NCBI GenBank assembly: GCA_905616385.1
Contig: CAJQSS010000004.1
Coordinates: 8,185-40,184 of the forward strand
Length of the DNA stretch: 32,000 nucleotides
Direction: 5' to 3'
From: an uncultured Candidatus Nitrosopumilus sp.
GTDB taxonomy: Archaea; Thermoproteota; Nitrososphaeria; Nitrososphaerales; Nitrosopumilaceae
Part shown: positions 15,201 through 25,412 of the stretch, one piece after another
How positions within the stretch are numbered: position 1 is the stretch's first letter
How the letters are laid out: every line of letters starts with the position of its first letter
Position numbers and translations under genes: made by a program
The notes under the pieces: model-generated
The model's input: only the letters and a program-made list of their open reading frames with translations
Database searches by the model: none
Told to the model about the DNA's origin: nothing

Positions 15201-16277
15201 CTAAATCTTATTTTTTTTGTATAACATCTCTGCAAGTAGTACTGCACCTTTTGCTGATCCCATTTTTTTGTTATGTGAAAATAACATGTATTTTAATCCA
15301 TGATCAAATAATTCTTCAGTTTCTACTCTTCCAATAGTTGTAGTCATTCCATCACCTACTGTTCTTTCCATTCTTGGTTGTGGTCTAGTTGGGTCTTCGT
15401 GAAATGCATAGTAATCTTTTGGAGCAGATGGTAATCCTGCAACTGAAATGTCTTTGTTACTTTGATTGTAAGTTTCCTTTGCTTTTTCTGGATTAATATC
15501 TTTTGTAGTTTCCACAAAAACTGATTCTGTATGACCATCTATTACTGGAACTCTGGTACATGTACAACTAATTCTGATATCTGCATCCACAATTTTTCCA
15601 TCTGTTAGTTTTCCCAAAATTTTTCTTGTTTCTAATTTCACTTTTCCTTCTTCTTTTGGAATATATGGAATAATGTTATCTGTTATTCCCATTGCAGATA
15701 CGCCTGATTTCCCTCCACCTGATATTGCTTGCATTGAAGTCATCATAACTTTTTTTACCCCATATTTGTCAAGTAGTGGTTTTAACGTAATTGCTAAACC
15801 TGTAGTAGTACAATTTGGTAAAGGAGCTACCCATCCTTTCCAGTTTCGATTTTTCTTTTGAATTTCTAGTAATTCTGTTTGTTCATCATTTATTCCTGGA
15901 ATTAGTATTGGGACGTCATCTTCATATCTGTAAGCTGAACTAGTTGAGATAACTGGTAAATCTGCAGCCATTTTAGTTTCTATATCTCTTGCAGCCTCAG
16001 ATTCCACTGCAGAAAATACTAGGTCTAATTGAGAAACATCTAACTCATCTACTGATTTGACTGTCATTTCTTTGATATATTCTGGAATTTCTCCAGCTAC
16101 ATCCCATGCTATAATTCCACTGGCATCCTTGATCGCATCAAGATACTTTTTTCCTGCGGAACGCTCTGATGCTGCAATTTGAGTAACTTCAAACCATGGG
16201 TGATTATTCAATGATTGTACAAATTCTTGTCCAACAGAACCTGTAACTCCAATTATTGCAACTTTTTTCTTTCCCAT
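15201..16277 (-). CDS. asd: Aspartate-semialdehyde dehydrogenase (archaeal type)
   Basis: Motifs present: VAIIGVTGSVGQEF (NADP Rossmann), PNCTTTGL (active-site Cys), QAISGGG and RVPVIDGHTESV (active-site His). I prefer the ATG at 16277 (MGKKKVAIIG...) over the track's TTG at 16301. Confidence 0.8.
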   Translation of the reverse strand: MGKKKVAIIGVTGSVGQEFVQSLNNHPWFEVTQIAASERSAGKKYLDAIKDASGIIAWDVAGEIPEYIKEMTVKSVDELDVSQLDLVFSAVESEAARDIETKMAADLPVISTSSAYRYEDDVPILIPGINDEQTELLEIQKKNRNWKGWVAPLPNCTTTGLAITLKPLLDKYGVKKVMMTSMQAISGGGKSGVSAMGITDNIIPYIPKEEGKVKLETRKILGKLTDGKIVDADIRISCTCTRVPVIDGHTESVFVETTKDINPEKAKETYNQSNKDISVAGLPSAPKDYYAFHEDPTRPQPRMERTVGDGMTTTIGRVETEELFDHGLKYMLFSHNKKMGSAKGAVLLAEMLYKKNKI

Positions 16278-16359
16278 AATGTGAATATAGATCGGGTTCA
16301 ATTAATAATCGTTTTCTGATTACCAAAACATACTAAATTAGCCAATTCTATTTGGAACT

Positions 16360-17442
16360 GTGAAAATAAGAACAAAATCCTCTATTCGGAGACATATTCC
16401 TGTTATTCATGGTGGAAAAATCCCTGTAAAAAATAGCGATCATAATATCATTGATTTTAGTTCTAATATCACTCCTCTTGGAATTCCTAATTCTGTAAAA
16501 TTAATAATTAAAAAAAATTTAGATAAAATTCAATTTTACCCTGACCCAAAATCTGAAAATGTAATTTCAAGTCTAGAAAAATATACGCATTTATCAAAAT
16601 CAAATATTATTGTTGGAAATGGTGCAATTGAAATTCTTTATAATTTTTGTTTTGCATTTTTATCTAAAACAACTAAAGTGCTAATTCACGTACCGACATT
16701 TGAAGAATACGAAGCTGCAGTAAAACTAAGTAATTGTAAAATTTCATATTTTAAATCCTTAAATTTGTCTACAAACATTGATTCATTTATTTCACAAATT
16801 CCAAAAAGTGGATGTATTTTTCTTTGTAATCCTAATAATCCTACAGGGGAATTATTATCAAAAAAAGAATTATTATCTATAATTATTGTAGCAAAAAAAT
16901 TAAAAACTATTGTATTTATTGATGAATGCTTTATTGAATTAGTTCCAAAATCTAATGAATCTGTTATATCTTATGTAAAAAAATATGATAATTTATTCAT
17001 TTTAAGATCTTTAACAAAATCATTTGGTTTACCTGGATTAAGAATTGGATATGCATGTGGTTCTAAAGAAATAATTAAAATTTTACAAAAAATTAAAATT
17101 CCTTGGAGTGTAAATTCTTTAGCACAAGATGCAGCAAATGCTGTGATTAAAAATACCTCTCATCTTAAAAAATCTAATATAATAATTAAAAAAGAATTAA
17201 AGTATTTAGAAGATAATATTTCTATTTTAAATGGATTTGAATGTATTTTTTCATCTACTAATTTTATTTTAATTAAAATAAAATATGATTCTACAAAGTT
17301 ACAAACAAAATTATTAAAAAATAAAATTTTAATCCGTGATTGTAAAAATTTTAGAGGTTTAGATAATCATTACATTCGAATTGCAGTAAAATCTCACAAA
17401 GATAATGTAAAATTAGTAAAAGCATTGGAGAAAATAAAATGA
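16360..17442 (+). CDS. cobD: L-threonine-O-3-phosphate decarboxylase (class I/II aminotransferase fold), cobalamin aminopropanol arm
   Basis: 360 aa. The N-terminal block VIHGGKI...IIDFSSNITPLGIP is typical of CobD. Also has FLCNPNNPTG and the PLP-lysine block LRSLTKSFGLPGLRIGY. GTG start. It heads an operon with cobQ/cbiB/cobS/cobY. Confidence 0.75.
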   Translation: MKIRTKSSIRRHIPVIHGGKIPVKNSDHNIIDFSSNITPLGIPNSVKLIIKKNLDKIQFYPDPKSENVISSLEKYTHLSKSNIIVGNGAIEILYNFCFAFLSKTTKVLIHVPTFEEYEAAVKLSNCKISYFKSLNLSTNIDSFISQIPKSGCIFLCNPNNPTGELLSKKELLSIIIVAKKLKTIVFIDECFIELVPKSNESVISYVKKYDNLFILRSLTKSFGLPGLRIGYACGSKEIIKILQKIKIPWSVNSLAQDAANAVIKNTSHLKKSNIIIKKELKYLEDNISILNGFECIFSSTNFILIKIKYDSTKLQTKLLKNKILIRDCKNFRGLDNHYIRIAVKSHKDNVKLVKALEKIK

Positions 17443-18278
17443 AATCATTAATGATTCAGGGAACTTCCTCTGGTGCTGGTAAAACAACCTTGGTTGCAGC
17501 CTTGTGTAGAATTTTTTCAGATAAGGGTTACAGTGTTGCTCCGTTTAAATCTCAAAATATGTCTAATTTTGCTTATATTACGCCTGATTTTGAAATTTCT
17601 CGTGCTCAAGCAATTCAAGCTTTTGGTGCACGTTGTAATATTACGCCTGATTTGAATCCTATTTTATTAAAACCAGTTGGAAATTATTCTAGTATTGTAT
17701 ATTTGAACGGTAAGCGTTTCAAAAAAATGCATGCTCAAGAATATTATGAAAAATTTGTTAATATTGAAGGTATGAAAATAGCTACAAAATCACTGAAGAC
17801 ATTACAGAAAAATTTTGATCTGGTAATTATGGAGGGTGCAGGTTCTCCTGCAGAAATTAATTTACAAAAATATGATATTGCAAATATGAAAATTGCTAAA
17901 AAAGCAAATGCAGATGTATTATTGGTAACTGATATTGATAAAGGAGGATCTTTTGCAAGTTTAGTTGGAACCATGAATTTAATTGATAAAAAATATCAAA
18001 AACTTGTCAAGGGGTTTATTTTTAATAAATTTCGTGGTGATATTGATGTATTAAAACCTGGATTTAAAAAATTAAAAAATATTACAAAAATTCCTACTTT
18101 TGGAACTATTCCATTAATATCATTAAATTTACCTGAGGAGGATTCTCTTAATGTAAAACCTAAACATATTACTTGGAGTAAAAAAAATATTTCAAAAATT
18201 GATGATGAATTAAATAAATTATCAAAAATTGTTAAATCAAATATTGATATTAATTCAATTGAGAAAATGTTACAATGA
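17439..18278 (+). CDS. cobQ: Cobyric acid synthase-like ATPase domain (CobQ/CbiP N-terminal half only; no glutamine amidotransferase domain)
   Basis: 279 aa. CobQ-typical blocks: IQGTSSGAGKTTLVAALCRIF..GY.VAPFKSQNMSN, RAQAIQA, NPILLKP, EGAGSPAEINL, DIDKGGSFASLVGT, FNKFRGD and LPEEDS. The ORF ends about 40 aa after the EDS block, where full-length CobQ continues into a roughly 200-aa GATase domain. Confidence 0.7.
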   Translation: MKSLMIQGTSSGAGKTTLVAALCRIFSDKGYSVAPFKSQNMSNFAYITPDFEISRAQAIQAFGARCNITPDLNPILLKPVGNYSSIVYLNGKRFKKMHAQEYYEKFVNIEGMKIATKSLKTLQKNFDLVIMEGAGSPAEINLQKYDIANMKIAKKANADVLLVTDIDKGGSFASLVGTMNLIDKKYQKLVKGFIFNKFRGDIDVLKPGFKKLKNITKIPTFGTIPLISLNLPEEDSLNVKPKHITWSKKNISKIDDELNKLSKIVKSNIDINSIEKMLQ

Positions 18279-19246
18279 TTCTTGAATCTATATCTATTAT
18301 TGGTTTTGCAATTTTAATTGATTTAATATTTGGAGATCCAAAAAATCGTTATCACCCAACAGCTTGGATAGGAACATTGATTGCAAAATTTACTCCTGTT
18401 GTGAAACACCAAAATTCTACAATTGAAAAAATTGGTGGTATTTTAATTATAATAATTATTTCTAGTATTGTTATTTTATTATTATCAAGTCTTAATTTTG
18501 CAATATCTTTAATTTCTATTGATTACGTTTCACTAATTGCTTCTATACTTATTGGGGCATTATTGCTTAAAACAACTATTGCTATTCGTGGAATGGAAAA
18601 ACATGCAATTAGCGTATTGGAATCTCTGGAGAGTAATAATCTTGATATGGCAAGAAATTATTTATCTATGATTGTAAAGCGAAATACCACAAATTTGGAT
18701 AAAAATCATGTACTTTCAGGCGTATTAGAAAGTATTAGTGAGAATACTGTTGATGGTATAACTGGACCAATGTTTTATTATGCTTTTTTTGGTTTATGGG
18801 GAGCGTTTGTGTATCGAGTTATCAATACAGCAGATTCAATGATTGGGTACAAAAATGATATTTTTAAAAATTTAGGATGGTTTACTGCTACCTGTGATAC
18901 AATCTTAAATTATATTCCATCTAGATTAACAGGATTAATGATGATTATTTCAGCAGCTATTTTACAAAATAATTGGAAAAATTCTTACAAAATAATGATT
19001 AGAGATGGCAAAACAACTGAAAGTCCTAATGCTGGATATCCTATGGCAGCATTAGCTGGTGCTTTAGAAACTAAATTTGAAAAAATAAATCATTATAAAT
19101 TAGGTGATGGTGAAATTGTTCTTACAAAACAACATGTCATTTCTGCAATTAAGATTATGAAATTAACATCAATTCTTTTCTTTGGAATTATAATAATTCC
19201 AATAATTTTTATTTTATCTTTTATTGGATGGTGGCTTTATGTTTAA
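18275..19246 (+). CDS. cbiB: Adenosylcobinamide-phosphate synthase
   Basis: 323 aa membrane protein. Has the CbiB blocks GDP...YHPTAWIG, VDGITGPMFYY, INTADSMIGYK and ESPNAGYPMAALAGAL. The ATGA start overlaps the cobQ stop. Confidence 0.85.
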   Translation: MILESISIIGFAILIDLIFGDPKNRYHPTAWIGTLIAKFTPVVKHQNSTIEKIGGILIIIIISSIVILLLSSLNFAISLISIDYVSLIASILIGALLLKTTIAIRGMEKHAISVLESLESNNLDMARNYLSMIVKRNTTNLDKNHVLSGVLESISENTVDGITGPMFYYAFFGLWGAFVYRVINTADSMIGYKNDIFKNLGWFTATCDTILNYIPSRLTGLMMIISAAILQNNWKNSYKIMIRDGKTTESPNAGYPMAALAGALETKFEKINHYKLGDGEIVLTKQHVISAIKIMKLTSILFFGIIIIPIIFILSFIGWWLYV

Positions 19247-19964
19247 AGAAATTGGATCTATTTTTTCTTTTTTAACAATTTTACCATCATCAAATTCTAC
19301 ATTAGATGATACTGCAAAATACATGTATCTTTTTCCTATTGTTGGAATTATAATTGGAATTTTAGTTGGTGGTTTTGGTTTTGGTTTATCTTTTCTTTTG
19401 GATCCAATTATAGTTAGTTTCCTTGTAGTTACATCAATTGTAATTATAACTGGAATTCATCATGCAGATGGTTTAGCAGATTTTGTTGATGGTCTTATGG
19501 TAAAAGGTAGTAAGGAGAAAAAACTTGATGCAATGAAAGATCTTTCTACAGGTTCTGCAGGAATAGTTGCTATTGTGCTGTATCTTATTGGATTAGTTGT
19601 TACAATTTCTCTTACAACTGGATTTGATTTGTTTAAGGCAATATTGATTAGTGAAATTTTAGCAAAATTTTCAATGGTTTTATTAGCAAGTTTAGGAAAT
19701 TCAGCATCATTAGGCTCAAACTCTCCTTTTATGAAAATTATGAAAGATAAGAAAAAATTGATGGCAGCATTTGTAATCATGATTATTCCTATTGCTTTAC
19801 TTGGTGAAACTACTGGACTTGTAATGCTTGGTGTGACTGTAACTGTAACATTGTTTATTTTGTTTATATCTAATCGTAGTTTTGGTGGTATAACTGGTGA
19901 TGTTCTTGGTTCAACTAACGAATTAACTCGTTTAGCATCATTGATGGTGTTTGTATCAATATGA
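19239..19964 (+). CDS. cobS: Adenosylcobinamide-GDP ribazoletransferase (cobalamin 5'-phosphate synthase)
   Basis: Polytopic membrane protein with the CobS blocks FSFLTILP and GIHHADGLADFVDGL. I prefer the ATG at 19239 (MFKEIGS..., 8-nt overlap with the cbiB stop) over the track's start at 19224. Confidence 0.8.
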   Translation: MFKEIGSIFSFLTILPSSNSTLDDTAKYMYLFPIVGIIIGILVGGFGFGLSFLLDPIIVSFLVVTSIVIITGIHHADGLADFVDGLMVKGSKEKKLDAMKDLSTGSAGIVAIVLYLIGLVVTISLTTGFDLFKAILISEILAKFSMVLLASLGNSASLGSNSPFMKIMKDKKKLMAAFVIMIIPIALLGETTGLVMLGVTVTVTLFILFISNRSFGGITGDVLGSTNELTRLASLMVFVSI

Positions 19965-20545
19965 TTAGTTTGGTAATGGCAGGTGGTAAAGGTGCACGTA
20001 TGAATTTAGATCATGAAAAATTATTGCTCAAATATAAAAAACCAATCATCCTTCATGTAGTTGATTCTTTAAAAGATTCAAATTGCTTTTCAAAAATTTT
20101 AGCCCTAACTAGTTCTAATTCCCCAAATACAAAAATATTATTACAAGAAAATAATATTGAAATTTTTGATACTGATGGAATTGGATATGTTGAAGATTTA
20201 ACTTTAGTACTTCAATCTACAAATGATTCTGTTTTAGTTACTTCAGGTGATTTACCATTATTGGATAAAGAAATAATACGACAAATTGTTAATCATTATG
20301 ATCCTAAACAAATTTGGACAAGTATACTTGTCACTAACAAATTTTTAGCAACACTTGGATTAGAGTCTGATTATTCTATACATTACAGTAATCAAAAATG
20401 TAATTATACTGGAATTTCTTTAATTAATACAAGTAAAATTAATTCATCTGAAGATATAGATGAAAATTATATTATAATTGATGATAAACGTATTGCATTT
20501 AATTTAAACACAAAGCGAGATTATGAATTACTCGGCACTACCTGA
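19961..20545 (+). CDS. cobY: Archaeal adenosylcobinamide-phosphate guanylyltransferase (NTP-transferase fold)
   Basis: 194 aa. Has the MobA/CobY-like N-terminal MAGGKGARM signature. It is the last gene of the cob nucleotide-loop operon. The ATGA start overlaps the cobS stop. Confidence 0.6.
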   Translation: MISLVMAGGKGARMNLDHEKLLLKYKKPIILHVVDSLKDSNCFSKILALTSSNSPNTKILLQENNIEIFDTDGIGYVEDLTLVLQSTNDSVLVTSGDLPLLDKEIIRQIVNHYDPKQIWTSILVTNKFLATLGLESDYSIHYSNQKCNYTGISLINTSKINSSEDIDENYIIIDDKRIAFNLNTKRDYELLGTT

Positions 20546-20725
20546 AATTTTGCCGTTTATTTTGGCTTTAGAACCTGTTGGTTCTGAAATTGTATTACCA
20601 CAAGAATTACATGCAATAACTGTAGATGCATGAGAATATACTATTTGTAATTCACCGCACTCTTCACAATTAACCTTTTGAAACTTACTTGATGGTTTTG
20701 GAATTTCGATGTGACTTTTCTTCAT
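20528..20725 (-). CDS. rps27e: 30S ribosomal protein S27e
   Basis: 65 aa. Has a C4 zinc ribbon VNCEECGELQ...IACNSCGNTI with eS27-typical spacing and flanks (SKFQKVNC..C). Confidence 0.9.
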   Translation of the reverse strand: MKKSHIEIPKPSSKFQKVNCEECGELQIVYSHASTVIACNSCGNTISEPTGSKAKINGKISGSAE

Positions 20726-21003
20726 GCTGCTACCAACTCAAATTTCTTAATTCTAACACCTTTTTTATTGTATTTCTTTTTACATACAGTACATGTCATA
20801 AGTGGAGTAACTTTCTTTGTAACTTTGGCTGGTTTTGCAAGTTTTGGGAATTTTTGTCCACCATAACCTCTTTTACGTTCAGCGTGACGACGTTCACCTG
20901 CTGCAGAACCACGTCTTTTTCCAGCTTTGTAAATGGAGACCTTTTGTTCAGTATGTGTATTACATTTTGCACAATACTTTCTGATCACCTTTGGAATGTT
21001 CAT
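20722..21003 (-). CDS. rpl44e: 50S ribosomal protein L44e (eL42)
   Basis: 93 aa. MNIPKVIRKYCAKCNTHTEQKVSIYKAGK...RKRGYGGQ..P...K.AK.TKK is the eL42 pattern. A second Cys pair is CTVCKKK. Overlaps rps27e by 4 nt. Confidence 0.9.
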   Translation of the reverse strand: MNIPKVIRKYCAKCNTHTEQKVSIYKAGKRRGSAAGERRHAERKRGYGGQKFPKLAKPAKVTKKVTPLMTCTVCKKKYNKKGVRIKKFELVAA

Positions 21004-21072
21004 ATCAACAAAACCTCTTCAACCGTAATTTAAGCATTGAACCTATAATAGTCATAAATTTCATTTATTCTT

Positions 21073-22836
21073 ATGAGTTCAAGCCTAGCAGATTCAATTA
21101 ATTCTCTAAATTCTGTTGCACTTGGGGAAAAAAAATCTGATCTAGTATTAACAAATTGTAATTTACTTTCAGTTTACACTAGAGAAATTATTCCAAAAAC
21201 TCAGATCGCAATAATTAATGATCGTATTGCCTATGTTGGTCCTGATGCAACACATACGATAGGAGCAAAAACAAAAGTCATTGATATTCATAATAAATTT
21301 GTCAGTCCCGGATTTGCAGATCCTCATTTACACATTGATCAATTTGTATTGCCATCTGAATTTGCAAAACAATCTCTTCTTTGTGGTGTAACTTCTCTTT
21401 TTTCAGATCCAATTGATATTGTTAGTGTAGCAGGTTACAAGGGTTTTCAGGAATTTCTTAAACTAGGTGAAAATTTACCAATTAGAATATTTCAAGCAGT
21501 TCCTGGAGGACTACCTGTCGACACAAAATTTAGTAGTAGTAAATCATTGAGTCTTTCTCAAGAAAAAATCGCAATAAAACATCCCCATGTAATTGGAATG
21601 GGAGAAGTTTTTTCATGGACTAAAGTAATTTTACGTGATCCTAAAACAATGAAGTCCATTTCAACTATGTTGGAATGTGATTGTATAATCAATGGACACA
21701 CTGCAGGTGCAAGTGAAAAAAAACTTAATGCATATGTTTCCTCTGGCATACTCTCTTGTCATGAACCAATTAATTTTGATCAAGTGTTAGAAAGATTACG
21801 CCTAGGAATGTGGATAATGATTAGAGAAGGCTCTATACGTCGTGATTTAAAAGAAATTATTCCACGTGTATTGTCGCATGGAACATATCTAAATCGATTA
21901 ATGTTTTGTTCTGATGGTCTTGACCCATTAGATATTTCTAAATTTGGTCATATTGATTACTGTATTCGTGAATCCATTAAACTTGGTTTAGAACCAATAG
22001 ATGCAATTACAATGGCATCAAAAAATAATTTTGATTATTATAATATGGGAAAAGATCTTGGTGGTATTGCCCCTGGGAAATTAGCTGATATCTTAGTTTT
22101 TGATGATTTAAAATCATTTAAACCAAAACATGTTTTTGTTGGCGGCAAACTTGTAGTTTCTAATGGTTCTTTTGTAGCTCGCATTAGAAAAAATATTATT
22201 TCTCCATGGATTAAAAAAACTGTTAAATTAAAAAAATTCTCTAAAAATGATTTTCTAATTAAATCCAAAAAAGATCATGTAGTAGCAAATACTATTTTTA
22301 TGCAAAATGAAATAATTACTAAATTAGGAACATCCGAACTTAATTCTAAGGATGGTCATGTTTCTGCATCTTTAGATTCTGATATTTGGAAAATTGCAGC
22401 ATTTGACAGAATTCATGGAACAGGTAAACATTCTATTGGATTTCTTGAAAATTTTGGTGCTGATATTGGTGCATTTGCTTCAACTTGGAGTTTTCATGAA
22501 AATAATTTGATTATACTTGGTTCAAATGATTCTGATATGGCAATAGCATCAAATCATTTAATTAAAAATCAAGGTGGTTTAGTTGTAGTTAGATCTGGAA
22601 AAATTCTTGCCTCATTACCTTTACAATTTGGGGGAATTGTTTCAACTGATTCTTTTGAGACTGTTTCATCTAATTTTGAACAGATCAATAATTCTATTGT
22701 AGATTTGGGATGTAAATTCAGTAAACCTCACTTAATCCCTCTATTCTTACCTTTTCTAGCACTACCTTCTGTAAGGATTTTTGCAGGTGGAATTATTGAT
22801 GTCAAAAAACGATCTTACATTTCACCAATCAATTAG
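21073..22836 (+). CDS. ade: Adenine deaminase (amidohydrolase superfamily)
   Basis: 587 aa. The N-terminal beta-sandwich leads into the metal motif SPGFADPHLHID. HTAGAS and the overall length and architecture are typical of Ade. Confidence 0.7.
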   Translation: MSSSLADSINSLNSVALGEKKSDLVLTNCNLLSVYTREIIPKTQIAIINDRIAYVGPDATHTIGAKTKVIDIHNKFVSPGFADPHLHIDQFVLPSEFAKQSLLCGVTSLFSDPIDIVSVAGYKGFQEFLKLGENLPIRIFQAVPGGLPVDTKFSSSKSLSLSQEKIAIKHPHVIGMGEVFSWTKVILRDPKTMKSISTMLECDCIINGHTAGASEKKLNAYVSSGILSCHEPINFDQVLERLRLGMWIMIREGSIRRDLKEIIPRVLSHGTYLNRLMFCSDGLDPLDISKFGHIDYCIRESIKLGLEPIDAITMASKNNFDYYNMGKDLGGIAPGKLADILVFDDLKSFKPKHVFVGGKLVVSNGSFVARIRKNIISPWIKKTVKLKKFSKNDFLIKSKKDHVVANTIFMQNEIITKLGTSELNSKDGHVSASLDSDIWKIAAFDRIHGTGKHSIGFLENFGADIGAFASTWSFHENNLIILGSNDSDMAIASNHLIKNQGGLVVVRSGKILASLPLQFGGIVSTDSFETVSSNFEQINNSIVDLGCKFSKPHLIPLFLPFLALPSVRIFAGGIIDVKKRSYISPIN

Positions 22837-22880
22837 GCAATGTTAAAAAGGGGGATTTTCAGGATTGAAAATGAATCTAA

Positions 22881-24503
22881 ATGGCATCAATTCAACAAGG
22901 ACCCAATGGACCTGTATTAGTTCTTAAAGAAAGTGCATTACAACAAAAAGGTAAAGATGCTCAACAAAACAACATTGCTGCAGCAAAATTAGTTGCAGAA
23001 TTAGTTAAAAGTAGTCTTGGACCTCGTGGTTTAGATAAAATGTTAGTAGATTCCTTAGGTGACGTTACAATTACAAATGATGGTGCTACTATTCTTAAAG
23101 AAATTGATGTTCAACACCCAGCAGCAAAAATGATTGTTGAAATTGCTAAAACTGTAGATAATGAAGTAGGTGATGGAACAACTTCTTCGGTTGTTTTTGG
23201 AGGTGCATTATTAGCTAGAGCAGAAGATCTCTTGAAAAAAGATGTTCATTCTTCAACTATTATTGAAGGTTATCAAGCAGCAGCTGAAAAAACTCTTGAA
23301 ATCTACTCTCAATTATCCAAAAAAATTCAACCTGATGATAAAGCATCACTTATTAAAATTGCTTCAACAAGTATGCAATCGAAATTAATTTCTGAAGATA
23401 GTAGTATTTTATCAAAAATTGTTGTTGATGCAATTCTTAGTATTACAACAAAAAAAGGTGATAAATATTTCGTTGATCTTGAAAATATTAAAGTTGAAAA
23501 GAAACCAGGTGGTTCAATTGACGATACACAAATTGTAAAAGGTATTGTTTTAGATAAAGAAATTGTTCATAGTGGAATGCCTACTAAAATAGAATCTGCA
23601 AAAATCGCATTAATTAATTCCGCATTAGAAATTGAAAAAACTGAAATGAGTGCAGAAATCAGAATTACCGATCCAACTCAAATGCAGATGTTCTTAGAAG
23701 AAGAAAATAGAATGCTAAAAACAATGGTTGATAAATTACATGATGTCGGTGCTAATGTTTTGATTTGTCAAAAAGGAATTGATGATATTGCACAACATTA
23801 TCTTTCTAAACATGGTATCATGGCAATTCGTCGTGTCAAAGAAAGTGATATGATTAAACTTTCTAAAGCTACAGATGGTCGTGTAATTAGTAATTTGGAT
23901 GATTTATCTGAAAATGATCTTGGTCATGCTGATTTAGCTCATCAGAAGAAAGTCGAATCTGATAAATGGGTATTCATTGAAGGTTGTAAACATCCACAAT
24001 CTGTTACAATGTTAATTCGTGGAGGAACTCAAAGAGTAATTGATGAAGTTGATCGTTCTATTCATGATGCATTAATGGTAGTAAAAGATGTAATTGAAAA
24101 ACCTGAAATTGTTGCAGGTGGAGGTGCTCCTGAATCATTTGCAGCATCTCAACTTAAAGAATGGGCTGATAATTTTAGTGGAAGAGAACAACTTGCAATT
24201 AAAAAATATGCTGAAGCATTAGAGGTAATTCCATTAACTATTGCTGAAAATGCAGGTATGGATCCAATTGATACAATGGCTACTTTAAGATCAAAACAAA
24301 ATCAAGGTCAGAAATGGACTGGAATTGATGCAAAAAATACAAAAATTGCTGATATGATGGCAATTAATGTTTTAGAGCCAATTGTAGTCAAAGAACAAAT
24401 TATAAAATCGGCAACCGAAGCAGCCTGTATGATTCTTAGAATAGATGATGTTATTGCTATATCTGGTGGTCCCGGTGGCGGCGGTATGCCTCCAATGGGA
24501 TAA
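22881..24503 (+). CDS. ths: Thermosome subunit (group II chaperonin)
   Basis: 540 aa. Motifs: [24 protein letters not shown] (ATP site), VAGGGA, and a C-terminal Gly/Met tail [12 protein letters not shown]. Confidence 0.95.
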   Translation: MASIQQGPNGPVLVLKESALQQKGKDAQQNNIAAAKLVAELVKSSLGPRGLDKMLVDSLGDVTITNDGATILKEIDVQHPAAKMIVEIAKTVDNEVGDGTTSSVVFGGALLARAEDLLKKDVHSSTIIEGYQAAAEKTLEIYSQLSKKIQPDDKASLIKIASTSMQSKLISEDSSILSKIVVDAILSITTKKGDKYFVDLENIKVEKKPGGSIDDTQIVKGIVLDKEIVHSGMPTKIESAKIALINSALEIEKTEMSAEIRITDPTQMQMFLEEENRMLKTMVDKLHDVGANVLICQKGIDDIAQHYLSKHGIMAIRRVKESDMIKLSKATDGRVISNLDDLSENDLGHADLAHQKKVESDKWVFIEGCKHPQSVTMLIRGGTQRVIDEVDRSIHDALMVVKDVIEKPEIVAGGGAPESFAASQLKEWADNFSGREQLAIKKYAEALEVIPLTIAENAGMDPIDTMATLRSKQNQGQKWTGIDAKNTKIADMMAINVLEPIVVKEQIIKSATEAACMILRIDDVIAISGGPGGGGMPPMG

Positions 24504-24542
24504 ATTTAGTTAAAACTTAATCATACTACTTTTCATAAATTA

Positions 24543-25412
24543 TTGTTGTACAAAATTGGTGTAGATTTAGGTGGTACTAAAACAGAAATTATTGTTCTTG
24601 ATGAAAATCTAAATGTTTTGGAAAGAAAAAGAGTATTTACTCCTCAAAATAATTACAATGAAATTATCCATACAATTGAAACCCTAGTTTCCGATGTCTC
24701 TCAAAATATTTCTGATTTTTCTTTAGGAATTTGCTGTCCTGGGTCAATTTCAAAACAAACTGGATTAATCAAAAATAGTAATACTCAATGTTTAATCGGT
24801 AAATCTTTAAAAAAAGATTTAGAACATAAACTCCAAAAAACTATTTCTATTGAAAATGATGCTAATTGTTTTACTTTATCTGAATCTAAAATGGGTGCTG
24901 GGATTGGATTTGGTTTAGTTTTTGGTGTTATTCTAGGTACTGGTGTAGGTGGAGGAATTGTAATTAATAATATTCTTCATTGTGGTAGAACCAATATTGC
25001 TGGTGAATGGGGGCATCATACTTTACATCAAAATGGTAATTCCTGCTATTGTGGTAAATCTGGTTGTGTGGAGACATACATCAGTGGACCCTCTTTGGAA
25101 AAACGCTGGAATAAAATAACTGGATTAACTCAATCTATGCCTGAAATTATCAATAATTTTGATTATGCTATTGGTAAACAATGGAAAGATGAATTTTTAG
25201 AAAATTTTGGTTATGGTCTTGCAAATGTAATTGATATTTTAGATCCTGATGCCATAATTCTTGGAGGTGGTTTATCTAATATTGATTTTTTATACACTGA
25301 AGGTACAAAATCAATTTACTCAAAAGTATTTTCCGATATTGTTGAAACCCCTATATTGAAAAACAAACTTGGTGATTCTTCAGGAGTATTTGGAGCCGCA
25401 CTTTTAGATTAA
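24543..25412 (+). CDS. ROK-family sugar kinase (gluco/fructo/N-acetylglucosamine kinase type)
   Basis: 289 aa. N-terminal DLGGTKTE ATP site, ENDANC, GTGVGGG, and the ROK zinc motif GEWGHH...CYCGKSGCVETY. TTG start. Confidence 0.8.
   Translation: MLYKIGVDLGGTKTEIIVLDENLNVLERKRVFTPQNNYNEIIHTIETLVSDVSQNISDFSLGICCPGSISKQTGLIKNSNTQCLIGKSLKKDLEHKLQKTISIENDANCFTLSESKMGAGIGFGLVFGVILGTGVGGGIVINNILHCGRTNIAGEWGHHTLHQNGNSCYCGKSGCVETYISGPSLEKRWNKITGLTQSMPEIINNFDYAIGKQWKDEFLENFGYGLANVIDILDPDAIILGGGLSNIDFLYTEGTKSIYSKVFSDIVETPILKNKLGDSSGVFGAALLD

Noticed and set aside
15201-16301. The Asd-family gene as a possible malonyl-/succinyl-CoA reductase of the thaumarchaeal 3-hydroxypropionate/4-hydroxybutyrate cycle, by analogy to the Asd-derived reductase of Sulfolobales.
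   Set aside because: All canonical Asd active-site blocks are present, and an Asd is needed for Thr/Met/Lys synthesis. With one copy visible and no tree, nothing argues for the alternative. Treated as bona fide asd.
20689-21033. 114-aa plus-strand ORF across the rpl44e/rps27e region.
   Set aside because: It is antisense to two unmistakable ribosomal protein genes. Its Phe/Cys/Ser-rich translation has no motif.
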